This document shows positions 25,891 to 33,399 of a stretch of DNA of 64,000 bases, piece by piece. A program made the position numbers and the translations under genes. Below the pieces are notes generated by a model. It saw nothing but the letters and a program-made list of their open reading frames with translations. It made no database searches and was not told the DNA's origin. How positions within the stretch are numbered: the stretch's first letter is position 1; every line of letters begins with the position of its first letter. The stretch is from the IMG/VR virus record IMGVR_UViG_3300037781_000006, positions 1 to 64,000 of that record, one strand, 5' to 3'. This stretch comes from a virus (lineage: Duplodnaviria; Caudoviricetes).

Positions 25891-26096
25891 GATACTTCTC
25901 CTTCGGTTGCTTGAATGTGTTCTTGGACAGTGAGTGGAGCGATGACGCCGCATCTCCACCAGACGTTGAGCCAGTAGCCTTGATCGTCTTTGTGGATTTC
26001 AGCTTTGGTGGCGTACTCAGGTACGATCAGAAGTCTTGCGGCGTTGGCTTCTGCCCACCACAGGAAGGTTTCCCTGTTGTCTGATGGTCTTGGCAT
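25884..26096 (-). CDS. Hypothetical protein (~70 aa)
   Basis: Stop overlaps the RNAP2 start; start uncertain. Confidence 0.45.
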   Translation of the reverse strand: MPRPSDNRETFLWWAEANAARLLIVPEYATKAEIHKDDQGYWLNVWWRCGVIAPLTVQEHIQATEGEVSC

Positions 26097-26367
26097 AACG
26101 AGGGTTGCTCCTTCGTTTGTGAAGCTCACGTTCGATCAGACGCACCTGTTCGTTCCAGATGAGAGATTTCATCAGGTACTCTTCTTTGAGGATGGTTGAT
26201 CGGAGATTCTTGAGCTTCTTGGTTGTAGCCTTTGTGATGGGATGCGGTTTCGCATCACCATCAAGAAAGCAGTTGTTCGCCAAGGCTTCTGCGAACGCTT
26301 TGTATTCTGGGATGGTCAGGCACAGATAGTGCCTGTCCTCCAGAGCAGAGGTTGGAGCGTCAGTCAC
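26017..26367 (-). CDS. Hypothetical protein (probable GTG start)
   Basis: GTGA overlap with the upstream stop; the 3' end overlaps the next ORF. Confidence 0.45.
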   Translation of the reverse strand: MTDAPTSALEDRHYLCLTIPEYKAFAEALANNCFLDGDAKPHPITKATTKKLKNLRSTILKEEYLMKSLIWNEQVRLIERELHKRRSNPRYAKTIRQQGNLPVVGRSQRRKTSDRT

Positions 26368-26609
26368 GGATCCAGCCACGTCTCATTCACTTCGTCATAG
26401 GTCGTGCAGACACGATCAATCTGAAGGTCTGTGGTCTGGTTCAGGATGAGTGCTGCACATTCCGCACGACACTCAGCACTGTTGACGAACTCTTCGGGAT
26501 CCATGTCAGCAGGGATCTCGAACTCGAAGAACTGCATGGTGTCAACGACAACCAGCTTTCTGCCTTGCTTTTCGTCTTTGCAACGCTCGATGTCTTCACC
26601 CGTGATCAT
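26364..26609 (-). CDS. Hypothetical acidic protein (81 aa)
   Basis: SD GAGGAG upstream of ATG at 26609. Confidence 0.6.
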   Translation of the reverse strand: MITGEDIERCKDEKQGRKLVVVDTMQFFEFEIPADMDPEEFVNSAECRAECAALILNQTTDLQIDRVCTTYDEVNETWLDP

Positions 26610-26723
26610 TGGGAATTTCTCCTCTGAATTGAGCACCCAGAATGAGAACTTTCTGGGCGAAATGGTTGGCTGCCATTGGATCCACTTTGTCGGTGTAGAC
26701 CAAGAGCATCTTGTTCATGAAGA

Positions 26724-26993
26724 TCATTTGTATGCCCTCTGAACTGGTGTGATGAACTTCGCGTTCTCTGCGATGTCCCAGATCTTCAGGAGATCGTCAT
26801 AAGGAACGACAACATGGTCTTTGACAGGCAGACCTCTTCCGAGTTCTGCTTTCTTCATGTTCTCGTTGGCGATTCGCATGATGGCATTCATGCGAGTGTC
26901 GAATGCTGCTTGGTCTTCACGCTGATAGCGTTCGAACTGAGCACGACGACGTTGCTCTTTCTTCGAAATGAAGAGTTTCATGAATCCGTTCAT
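26724..26993 (-). CDS. Hypothetical protein (89 aa)
   Basis: ATGA overlap with the upstream gene. Confidence 0.6.
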   Translation of the reverse strand: MNGFMKLFISKKEQRRRAQFERYQREDQAAFDTRMNAIMRIANENMKKAELGRGLPVKDHVVVPYDDLLKIWDIAENAKFITPVQRAYK

Positions 26994-27172
26994 TTGGAAT
27001 CATCCTCCATGATGCTGTCACCGACGTAGAAAAGCATGAAGAGCCAGATCAGTTCATAGATTGCCTGACTGTAGTCTCCTGATTCTTTGGCAAGTCCTTC
27101 AGCATGGACCACCATGAAGAACTGATAGATGACACAGGCGATGAGAATGATGACTTTGATGAAAGTCCACAT
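26990..27172 (-). CDS. Small membrane protein (60 aa)
   Basis: Two hydrophobic segments; SD GAGG. Confidence 0.6.
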   Translation of the reverse strand: MWTFIKVIILIACVIYQFFMVVHAEGLAKESGDYSQAIYELIWLFMLFYVGDSIMEDDSK

Positions 27173-27276
27173 GGTTCAGTACCTCACTGTCGAGATGCGG
27201 ATGTAGTGGGATTTCATGTGGTCGCTTCCGAGGACTTTTTCCCAGAAGTCGTACCAGAGAGCACTCAGAGGGATTT

Positions 27277-27510
27277 TCATGACAGGGTATCCTTTCCTTG
27301 TCCCATTGCTGCGAGGATGTCGGTGAGATCCTTCTTGTAGAACTTCATCCGTGTCATCAGACGTTGCTGGATGTCATGGAGACGATCCATCTCAGCAACG
27401 ATGTCGTCAGCACTGAGGATCATGTCGTTCTGGAAGAGATCTCCCAGAGAGTCATCAATGGAGCGTGCCTTGAAGAAGGCATACTGCCTTTGTTCAGGAG
27501 TCAGTTTCAT
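27277..27510 (-). CDS. Hypothetical protein (77 aa)
   Basis: SD AAGGA; co-directional. Confidence 0.6.
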   Translation of the reverse strand: MKLTPEQRQYAFFKARSIDDSLGDLFQNDMILSADDIVAEMDRLHDIQQRLMTRMKFYKKDLTDILAAMGQGKDTLS

Positions 27511-27513
27511 GGT

Positions 27514-27843
27514 TCAGTCCTTTTCGGTGAAGATGGTTTTCGCACGAGTGCGATTCTGGTTGGAACGAAGGTCTTCCACTTCTTCGGTGAGTTTGGCCAC
27601 CTGACGCTGGAGTTCTTGGAACTCAGGACAGTCAGTGATGAGAGTCTCCACCTGTTTGGGTGGTTGTCTCTCACCGTTGACGAAATGGATCCACTCCTGT
27701 TCGAAGAAGTCTTTTGCCTCCTTCAGACCAAGACCTGTCATCGCACGGATGTGCTTGATGCAGTTGATCTTGCTCTTGTTGACGAACTCCACATCCATAA
27801 GTTCGCGGAGATCTTCGACAGGGAAGAACACACGTTCGGTCAT
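27514..27843 (-). CDS. Protein with ribosomal bL12 C-terminal-like domain
   Basis: KINCIKHIRAMTGLGLKEAKDFFE matches the bL12 consensus KI.vIK.vR..tGLGLKEAK.lVE. Confidence 0.75.
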   Translation of the reverse strand: MTERVFFPVEDLRELMDVEFVNKSKINCIKHIRAMTGLGLKEAKDFFEQEWIHFVNGERQPPKQVETLITDCPEFQELQRQVAKLTEEVEDLRSNQNRTRAKTIFTEKD

Positions 27844-28010
27844 TTCAGCACCAAATCAGCCGACGAGCGGCTGCCTCTTCTTGACGTGCAACATATCCTC
27901 CATCGAAGGGCTTACCTTGACGAAAGTCTCCGTTTGGGTCATCTCCTGTGAACATATACAGAAATCGACCAAGCATGGCTCCTTCAGCCACACGACGTTG
28001 GTACAATGGC

Positions 28011-28802
28011 CTAACCATTGATCAGTTCCTTCTTGCTGAGTTCGAGCACTGCCTTGTTGTAGTCAGTGCCTTGGCTGTTGACGTGATAGCCGACGCAGTA
28101 GGTGCGACCACGACGGTCATACTTGTGGGTCAGCCAGAACTCGTTTCCGAGAGTGAGCAGACCCTGCATGACATTCATGGAATTCTCGTAGAAGACTTTC
28201 GCCTGCTTCTGACGCTTCTGGAAGTCTTCGAACGGTTCACCCACCTTTCTCTTGGGAAGGATCATGTGACCTTCTTCAGAGGCGATGACGTTCATGTTGA
28301 GGGTGAGACCGACGCTGTTGGCTCGGTTGATGTGGTCGAGACACACGTCTTCTTCGTCGAAGACATCAGATCCGTTGAGGATGATTCTCCCACGACGGTC
28401 GATGTAGCCACTGCCCATGTGGTTGTTCTCCACCTTGCGAGGAGGAACGATCATTGGCAGAGGGAACTGGTAGTTGGCCAGTTGCTCTTCGACATCAGCA
28501 GTGATCTCGTACTTCAACACGAACTTCATGGATTCCATGTCGAAGTCGATGAGGTCATCCTCCACCACTTCCTTGAGCATCTCAGCCACTTCCTGTGGTG
28601 TTCCCCACTTCGGGCTGAACAGTCCCACCATGGTCGGAACATCAGCCTGCTTGTGCAGGTAGATCTGCACCACACAGTCGAGCTTGAACGGGTCATCGGT
28701 CAGTGGCTCGAACTGTTCACGCAGCACATCGAGAAGCTGATTGCGGTGGAAAAGCTCCTCAAGGTTACGCTGGGTTTCGACCATGTTTTTGTCCATTTCC
28801 AT
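28011..28802 (-). CDS. N4-type RNA polymerase II subunit 1 (gp15-like; start reassigned to MEMDK)
   Basis: FPLPMIVPP, YDRRGRTYCVGYHVNSQGTDYNKAVLEL; 263 aa; SD GGAG. Confidence 0.9.
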   Translation of the reverse strand: MEMDKNMVETQRNLEELFHRNQLLDVLREQFEPLTDDPFKLDCVVQIYLHKQADVPTMVGLFSPKWGTPQEVAEMLKEVVEDDLIDFDMESMKFVLKYEITADVEEQLANYQFPLPMIVPPRKVENNHMGSGYIDRRGRIILNGSDVFDEEDVCLDHINRANSVGLTLNMNVIASEEGHMILPKRKVGEPFEDFQKRQKQAKVFYENSMNVMQGLLTLGNEFWLTHKYDRRGRTYCVGYHVNSQGTDYNKAVLELSKKELING

Positions 28803-28911
28803 GGTGGTTTCTCCTGTGGTTAGGGTTGTGCTTGGTTTAGTCACTTTGGCTACAAAACCGAACTTTCAGTTTATAGAGGTTGAACTCGGCAGTTGAGCGC
28901 AAAGCGCAGGA

Positions 28912-28924
28912 GCGGCGGAGCCGC
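28912..28924 (-). promoter_or_regulatory. Virion-RNAP hairpin promoter (P3-like) upstream of RNAP1
   Basis: Template (+) strand GCGGC-GGA-GCCGC. With the loop-centre G as -11, +1 falls on template C 28907. Confidence 0.75.
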
Positions 28925-28989
28925 CCACAGGTCAATCTGTTGTGGGATGAAAGGTCTATCTGCCAAGGAAAAGCAAAAAAGAGAGTAGG

Positions 28990-29030
28990 AAAAAAAGAAC
29001 TGACCTCCCAACATGAAGTTGAGAGGCCAG
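28990..29030 (-). terminator. Intrinsic terminator after gp2-like gene
   Basis: CTGGCCTCTCAAC-TTCAT-GTTGGGAGGTCAG followed by TTC and T7. Confidence 0.8.
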
Positions 29031-29044
29031 TCTTTAGTCGGGAG

Positions 29045-29449
29045 TTACCCGAACAGGGAGTCGAGGTCCACGGCGACCTCCGGAGCAGCGACGGATTCGA
29101 CCTGCTCCTGACGACGGTAGAGTTGGACCGACAGATGGAGCGGCATCGACTCGCCTTCCTTCAGTTCAGCCGACTTCTCGCGGATCTTGTTGATCAGCGC
29201 GTTCACGATCTGAGCCTCTTCGGCCCATTCGGGATTCCGCTCATGCGAGTTGGCGTAGATCCGGTGCTCGGTCAGATCCGAGACAGCGATGCCACGCGGC
29301 AGCCGGTTGAACTTGGCAGTGGATTCGTCGTCCTCGTCAGCGGTGACGAGACCCACGTTGATCCACAGTCCAGCGAACTCGTCTTCGTCAGCCTTGACGG
29401 TACGCTTGGTGGTGGAGACGGTCTTCGAAGCGGCAGGTTTGAAAGCCAT
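29045..29449 (-). CDS. N4 gp2-like ssDNA-binding transcription activator for RNAP II
   Basis: LWINVG...FNRLPRGIAVSDL pattern, 134 aa, directly behind a vRNAP promoter as in N4. Confidence 0.75.
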   Translation of the reverse strand: MAFKPAASKTVSTTKRTVKADEDEFAGLWINVGLVTADEDDESTAKFNRLPRGIAVSDLTEHRIYANSHERNPEWAEEAQIVNALINKIREKSAELKEGESMPLHLSVQLYRRQEQVESVAAPEVAVDLDSLFG

Positions 29450-29502
29450 TGGAGTAGTTCCTTCGTTTGGTTTGGTTGATGATGTTTGGCGTTATCGCCA
29501 AG

Positions 29503-29517
29503 ACCGGCGGAGCCGGT
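29503..29517 (-). promoter_or_regulatory. Virion-RNAP hairpin promoter (P2-like)
   Basis: GCCAAG-ACCGGC-GGA-GCCGGT; +1/+2 fall on template CC (29499/29498), as in N4 P2 TCCAAAAGAAGC-GGA-GCTTC. Confidence 0.85.
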
Positions 29518-29625
29518 TTCTCAGGTTGATGGTGAATTGAATCCACCGGGAACGAAGAGTCATGGATGCGTTAGCATCTAGCTCTTCTTGGCTCACGAGA
29601 TCAGGGAAGAGATGAGCTTTGGACA

Positions 29626-29745
29626 TCAGCTTCTCCATCTCTCGATGAGATGCCAAATGGCAAAGATCAGTGCGATCCCTGCCAGTATGACGATGAGGTT
29701 GGAGTCACCATTGGTGACTGAGAATGCCACGTTCGAGGGATCCAT
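29626..29745 (-). CDS. Small early membrane peptide (39 aa)
   Basis: LIVILAGIALIFAIWHL TM segment; TGATG overlap with the upstream gene. Confidence 0.45.
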   Translation of the reverse strand: MDPSNVAFSVTNGDSNLIVILAGIALIFAIWHLIERWRS

Positions 29746-29882
29746 CAGCGCACACTCCAGTAGCACACGGCCATGAGGGTCATGACCATTGCGAAGTAGA
29801 ATGCGAGAGGATTGGCTTGTGCCCACAGTTGTGCTGTGGACATCAAGCAGTCGAGGCTTTGGTTGGTGCAGATGGTTTTCAT
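29745..29882 (-). CDS. Small early membrane peptide (45 aa)
   Basis: Manual translation MKTICTNQSLDCLMSTAQLWAQANPLAFYFAMVMTLMAVCYWSVR*. Confidence 0.45.
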   Translation of the reverse strand: MKTICTNQSLDCLMSTAQLWAQANPLAFYFAMVMTLMAVCYWSVR

Positions 29883-29883
29883 T

Positions 29884-30114
29884 TCAGTGAGTCCTTCCGG
29901 GATGTTCAGGGTAGTCGAAGCACATGCAGTAAACTGGGCTTTTCAGTTGCATGACTTCTTCCAGAGTGTCGAGTTCAGCACTCATGTCTTCGAGTTCAGA
30001 GATCAGTTCGTCCTGATCCTCCCAGTTGTCTGGGTCGATCATGTTGTCACAGACTGTGATGTCACGCATGAGGGTTGCATGACGCTCACGGAGGCTGGTG
30101 GAATCGGTCAACAT
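29884..30114 (-). CDS. Hypothetical early protein (76 aa, acidic)
   Basis: SD AGGAG before ATG. Confidence 0.6.
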   Translation of the reverse strand: MLTDSTSLRERHATLMRDITVCDNMIDPDNWEDQDELISELEDMSAELDTLEEVMQLKSPVYCMCFDYPEHPGRTH

Positions 30115-30271
30115 GAGAGTTCTCCTGTGGTTGTGGTGAGTTGAGGTAGAAGTACAGATCAGTTACCGAGGTAGACTTTAGGAAAACCTTAGTCAGATGA
30201 GAGGTCCATCTGTCTGTCTATCTGGGTAACGGTTCCGCTCTACCCCACGGTTGGTGAGGTAGAGCAGTTGG

Positions 30272-30559
30272 TCAGTTGCGAGGACGCTGGCGTTCGGCAC
30301 GGCGTTGTTCCATGCGAGCGATGAGGTCGTTGTAGATCTCGGTTGCATCCTCGTCGGCTTCCAGTTCACGCTTGAGTTCAGCTTGGCGTTTCGCAGAAGC
30401 AGTAGCAACGATGGCAGCATCTTCATCTTCGAAGACGAATGCCCTGTTGTCCACATAGGTGGTTGCCATTCCAACGGTTTTGCCTGCGGTATCGGCAACG
30501 TCGGTCACAGTGTCCAGCACTGCACAGATGGCGTCACGGGTCGAGCTAAAGATTCCCAT
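30272..30559 (-). CDS. First early gene product (N4 gp1-position protein, 95 aa)
   Basis: MGIFSSTRDAICAVLDTV...; SD GGAG; immediately downstream of the P1-like hairpin. Confidence 0.7.
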   Translation of the reverse strand: MGIFSSTRDAICAVLDTVTDVADTAGKTVGMATTYVDNRAFVFEDEDAAIVATASAKRQAELKRELEADEDATEIYNDLIARMEQRRAERQRPRN

Positions 30560-30603
30560 GGTAGTGGTACTCCGTATGATTGAGGTGAGGCAGAGATGCC
30601 AAG

Positions 30604-30618
30604 ACATGCGGAGCATGT
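30604..30618 (-). promoter_or_regulatory. Virion-RNAP hairpin promoter (P1-like)
   Basis: GCCAAG-ACATGC-GGA-GCATGT; same GCCAAGA flank as P2, +1/+2 on template CC (30600/30599). Confidence 0.85.
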
Positions 30619-30726
30619 GTGTAGTGTAATGGGTGGAGTGTAATGCGTGTGTAATTAAGGGGGGGATATCAAAGGGTGTAATATATTTGATGGGGGGGTG
30701 GGGTGGAGGTAGGGGTGTAGGTGTAG
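30619..30726. repeat. G-rich non-coding tract with four GTGTAAT repeats; probable genome terminus/terminal-repeat region
   Basis: GTGTAAT at 30624, 30638, 30649 and 30676; G7 runs at 30659 and 30692; lies where the N4 left end is expected. Confidence 0.55.
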
Positions 30727-30795
30727 AAAGAAACAACAAAAAAAGACCTTCAACCCTCGACAGAGATCTCAAAATTTACATATGAAATTTTCCCC

Positions 30796-30957
30796 TTATG
30801 GCGGATTTTCGAACAGATCTCCGGCCCTGAGTTTTGCAGCTTCGAGTCTGTCATGTAGACGAAGTTCAGCAGTAGCTCTTTCCCTCCATTCGTAGATCTG
30901 GTTCAGCAGATCTTCCATTGATGGACGAGTGGGTTTCTTCTTTGGTTCAGTGGACAT
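30796..30957 (-). CDS. Hypothetical protein (53 aa), not in ORF track
   Basis: MSTEPKKKPTRPSMEDLLNQIYEWRERATAELRLHDRLEAAKLRAGDLFENPP*; SD GAGGAG. Confidence 0.6.
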   Translation of the reverse strand: MSTEPKKKPTRPSMEDLLNQIYEWRERATAELRLHDRLEAAKLRAGDLFENPP

Positions 30958-31245
30958 GATTCATCTCCTCGATTTGGCCGGGGCCAAATCTCGTCGATAC
31001 CCGTTGGATATGGGTAGATCGGTTGCAGGAATGTGTAGGATGGGGAGAAGGCCCAGCTTATGGGCTACGGGTGAGCGCAGCGGGGCGGGTATGGTTGGAA
31101 CGTAAGTGAGAACGGATTGATCCCGGTACGGCCCCCAGAAGCCGCAGCTTCCGCCTTCGGAGTTAGATTTTCCGATGACCCCTGTCAAGATCTGCATTTC
31201 TGCACACAGAGGTCTGCACAGATGCACAACTCTGCTAACTACCTG

Positions 31246-31692
31246 TTAGGACAGAGGTTTCAGAAGGATCCATGTCTGAAACTCATCAGAATCCTCCAGC
31301 AACACACCACCCGGTTTCAGGAGGATGTGTGTGCTCTCAGGAACAGGTGAGACTGTGATTCGTTCGTGTGAATCAAACTCCCGGCCAAGGGTTTCGACCT
31401 GAAGCATGAGCATTCTGGTTCCCTGATACCAGATCCCGAGACCCTCAGTTGCGTTGGAGCATGAGGCTTCGTTGTTCAGGTACTGGAAGACGAGGATCCC
31501 CGGCCCATAGACAGCAAGCTCTTCTTCTGTTGGTTCACGCACACCCCAGCGGTCAGCGTTCTTGGGGTTCTCGCAGGATGTAGGCCATGTCATAGCCTCA
31601 TAATCATCGACATCCTGTTGGGTCCAGAGAGCATCAGCTTGGGTCTGTGCAGGGATGAACAGAAACCAGAGAAGAAGAGCAAGTCTGTGCAT
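31246..31692 (-). CDS. Putative exported protein (148 aa)
   Basis: Signal peptide-like MHRLALLLWFLFIPAQTQA|DA; two Cys. Confidence 0.6.
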   Translation of the reverse strand: MHRLALLLWFLFIPAQTQADALWTQQDVDDYEAMTWPTSCENPKNADRWGVREPTEEELAVYGPGILVFQYLNNEASCSNATEGLGIWYQGTRMLMLQVETLGREFDSHERITVSPVPESTHILLKPGGVLLEDSDEFQTWILLKPLS

Positions 31693-31704
31693 TGGTGCAG
31701 TCCT

Positions 31705-32040
31705 TCATTCGTACCAGATGGTGAGTCCCAGACACTTGGCCAGAGTCCATTCTGCCATGGCACCCTTCGAGTTCTCCCAGCCCTTGAGCATGTAGAGGTG
31801 GGTGGCGTGCTTGCAGATCCAGTCACAGTCGATGGCCATACACATCCGGTAGGCTTCCTGAGTGTCCCGGACGAGGCCCTCCTGAACCATGAGAGAAGCC
31901 TCGTGGTTGATCGGGTTGAAGATCTCCTTGTCTTCTCCCTGAAGCATGGACCGGACTTGGATCTCAGCTTCGATGAATGCAGGCTTGTTGTGGTCCGGAA
32001 TCCCGCTCATGGGACCGGCAATGTAAACCTTATATGACAT
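31705..32040 (-). CDS. DUF4406 / nucleoside deoxyribosyltransferase-like protein
   Basis: KVYIAGPMSGIPDHNKPAF...IFNP...YMLKGWENSKGAMAE. Confidence 0.8.
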   Translation of the reverse strand: MSYKVYIAGPMSGIPDHNKPAFIEAEIQVRSMLQGEDKEIFNPINHEASLMVQEGLVRDTQEAYRMCMAIDCDWICKHATHLYMLKGWENSKGAMAEWTLAKCLGLTIWYE

Positions 32041-32333
32041 GGGTGGTTTTCCTTTCTCTAGGAGTAGAACCATCGTATTGATGGCCCAGAAGCCACCAAA
32101 AAGGAAGGGTCATTCTGCCATGCTGGATCTTCTTGAACGACTCGGAATCGACTTCGATGGCCTCGATGGTGGCCTGTCTGTGAAACTGCATGGAATGCTG
32201 TTCAGGAACCACAAGCCCCAGTCCCTGTGTGCGTATCTGGTGCATACTGGTCAGAGACGGCTGGTGCGTCTGATTGGTATTCGTCACTGTCTTCGGTCGT
32301 ATGACAGATACTACTAAAGACACCCTAAATCCC

Positions 32334-32367
32334 AAAAAAGAAGGCGTCGCTTCGCAACGACGCCTCC
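32334..32367 (-). terminator. Intrinsic terminator after the second appendage locus
   Basis: AGGCGTCGTTGC-GAA-GCGACGCCT followed by TC and T6. Confidence 0.75.
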
Positions 32368-32394
32368 TCTCATCCTACCTGACACGGGGGAACG

Positions 32395-33369
32395 TCAGGC
32401 TTTGGATTTGAACCCAAATTCGACATTCACGAGATCGGTGGCAGCCCAAGGAAGGGACGTGGCCGGGTTCTCGTTCCAGTCGGTGATCTGGTAGTCCTTT
32501 TCGAACGGCACAGCGAAGGTCGGAGTGAGATAGTCCACACCAGACATCCGGATCAGGTGCTGAAGACCGGTCGGAGAGTTGATCCCGCGAACCGAAGTCG
32601 TGACCTGTACGATGTTCGAGATGTTGTTCACACCCGTGTAGGGCGTGAGAATCGTGGACTGGTTCTGTTCCGGAGAGACCGTGGTCATACCCGTGGTCGG
32701 ATCGTCGTCCGACAGCGAGATGACTGGACCCTGCCAGTTCCCGTAGGCACCCACAGCAACCGGACGAAGCAGATCGAGACGAGCGTTCCGTGTGTCGTCA
32801 TCAGCCACGATGATCTCGGAGAAGTATTGGTACTCCTCACCGCCACCGCCGTTGATCGAACGAGAAGCACCCAGACGGAAATACTTCGGATGGTTCCAGC
32901 CAGCAGCCGAATAGACCTGAGTGAGAATCAGGATCTCATCGACATAGACACGAGCTTCGACCGACAGACCACCAAACTTCAACTGCACGTCGTAGGTACG
33001 AAGAGCGTTTGCAGCTTTCGGAAGGAACCGAGCCAGTTCGTATTCGGTGTCATCGACGAACAACCGACCATGATACCCTTCGGTGTCACGGCTGTGATAC
33101 GACAGTTGAAAGATCCGAGCACCATCGGCGTCCACAACCTCAATGAGCGGGTTGTCGTTGTTGATGTACCAGAGATCCGAGCCATTCCGGAAATGGAACC
33201 AGTATTCATCAGTTCCAGACTGAGGAATCTCTGGAGAACCCACTGTCATCAAGGGGTCCACTTGGATCGAGTATGGGACTCGGTTGGAGTCGTAACTCCA
33301 CGCTGGGGCACCAATCGAGGATCCCGGAAAGTGGGATACCGAATTGGAAGCAAAGAGGATATTGGGCAT
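32395..33369 (-). CDS. Probable virion structural protein (324 aa)
   Basis: Beta-rich (LamG-like N-terminal part); downstream of the 769-aa appendage gene. Confidence 0.55.
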   Translation of the reverse strand: MPNILFASNSVSHFPGSSIGAPAWSYDSNRVPYSIQVDPLMTVGSPEIPQSGTDEYWFHFRNGSDLWYINNDNPLIEVVDADGARIFQLSYHSRDTEGYHGRLFVDDTEYELARFLPKAANALRTYDVQLKFGGLSVEARVYVDEILILTQVYSAAGWNHPKYFRLGASRSINGGGGEEYQYFSEIIVADDDTRNARLDLLRPVAVGAYGNWQGPVISLSDDDPTTGMTTVSPEQNQSTILTPYTGVNNISNIVQVTTSVRGINSPTGLQHLIRMSGVDYLTPTFAVPFEKDYQITDWNENPATSLPWAATDLVNVEFGFKSKA

Positions 33370-33399
33370 TGTGCTTTCCTTTCTGGGATCGAGACCTGT

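Noticed and set aside
30193-30772. 101-aa ORF and the 71-aa upstream extension of the gp1-like ORF
   Set aside because: The extension runs through the promoter and the G-rich tract, and an SD supports the internal ATG at 30559. The 101-aa ORF is an off-frame overlap.
30961-31227. 88-aa minus-strand ORF near the presumed terminus
   Set aside because: No convincing SD and atypical composition; contains a 9-bp palindrome; likely non-coding or a much shorter ORF.
32030-32335. Competing + (92 aa) and - (101 aa) ORFs
   Set aside because: Cannot decide which, if either, is real. The minus frame with a GTG start is plausible but unsupported.
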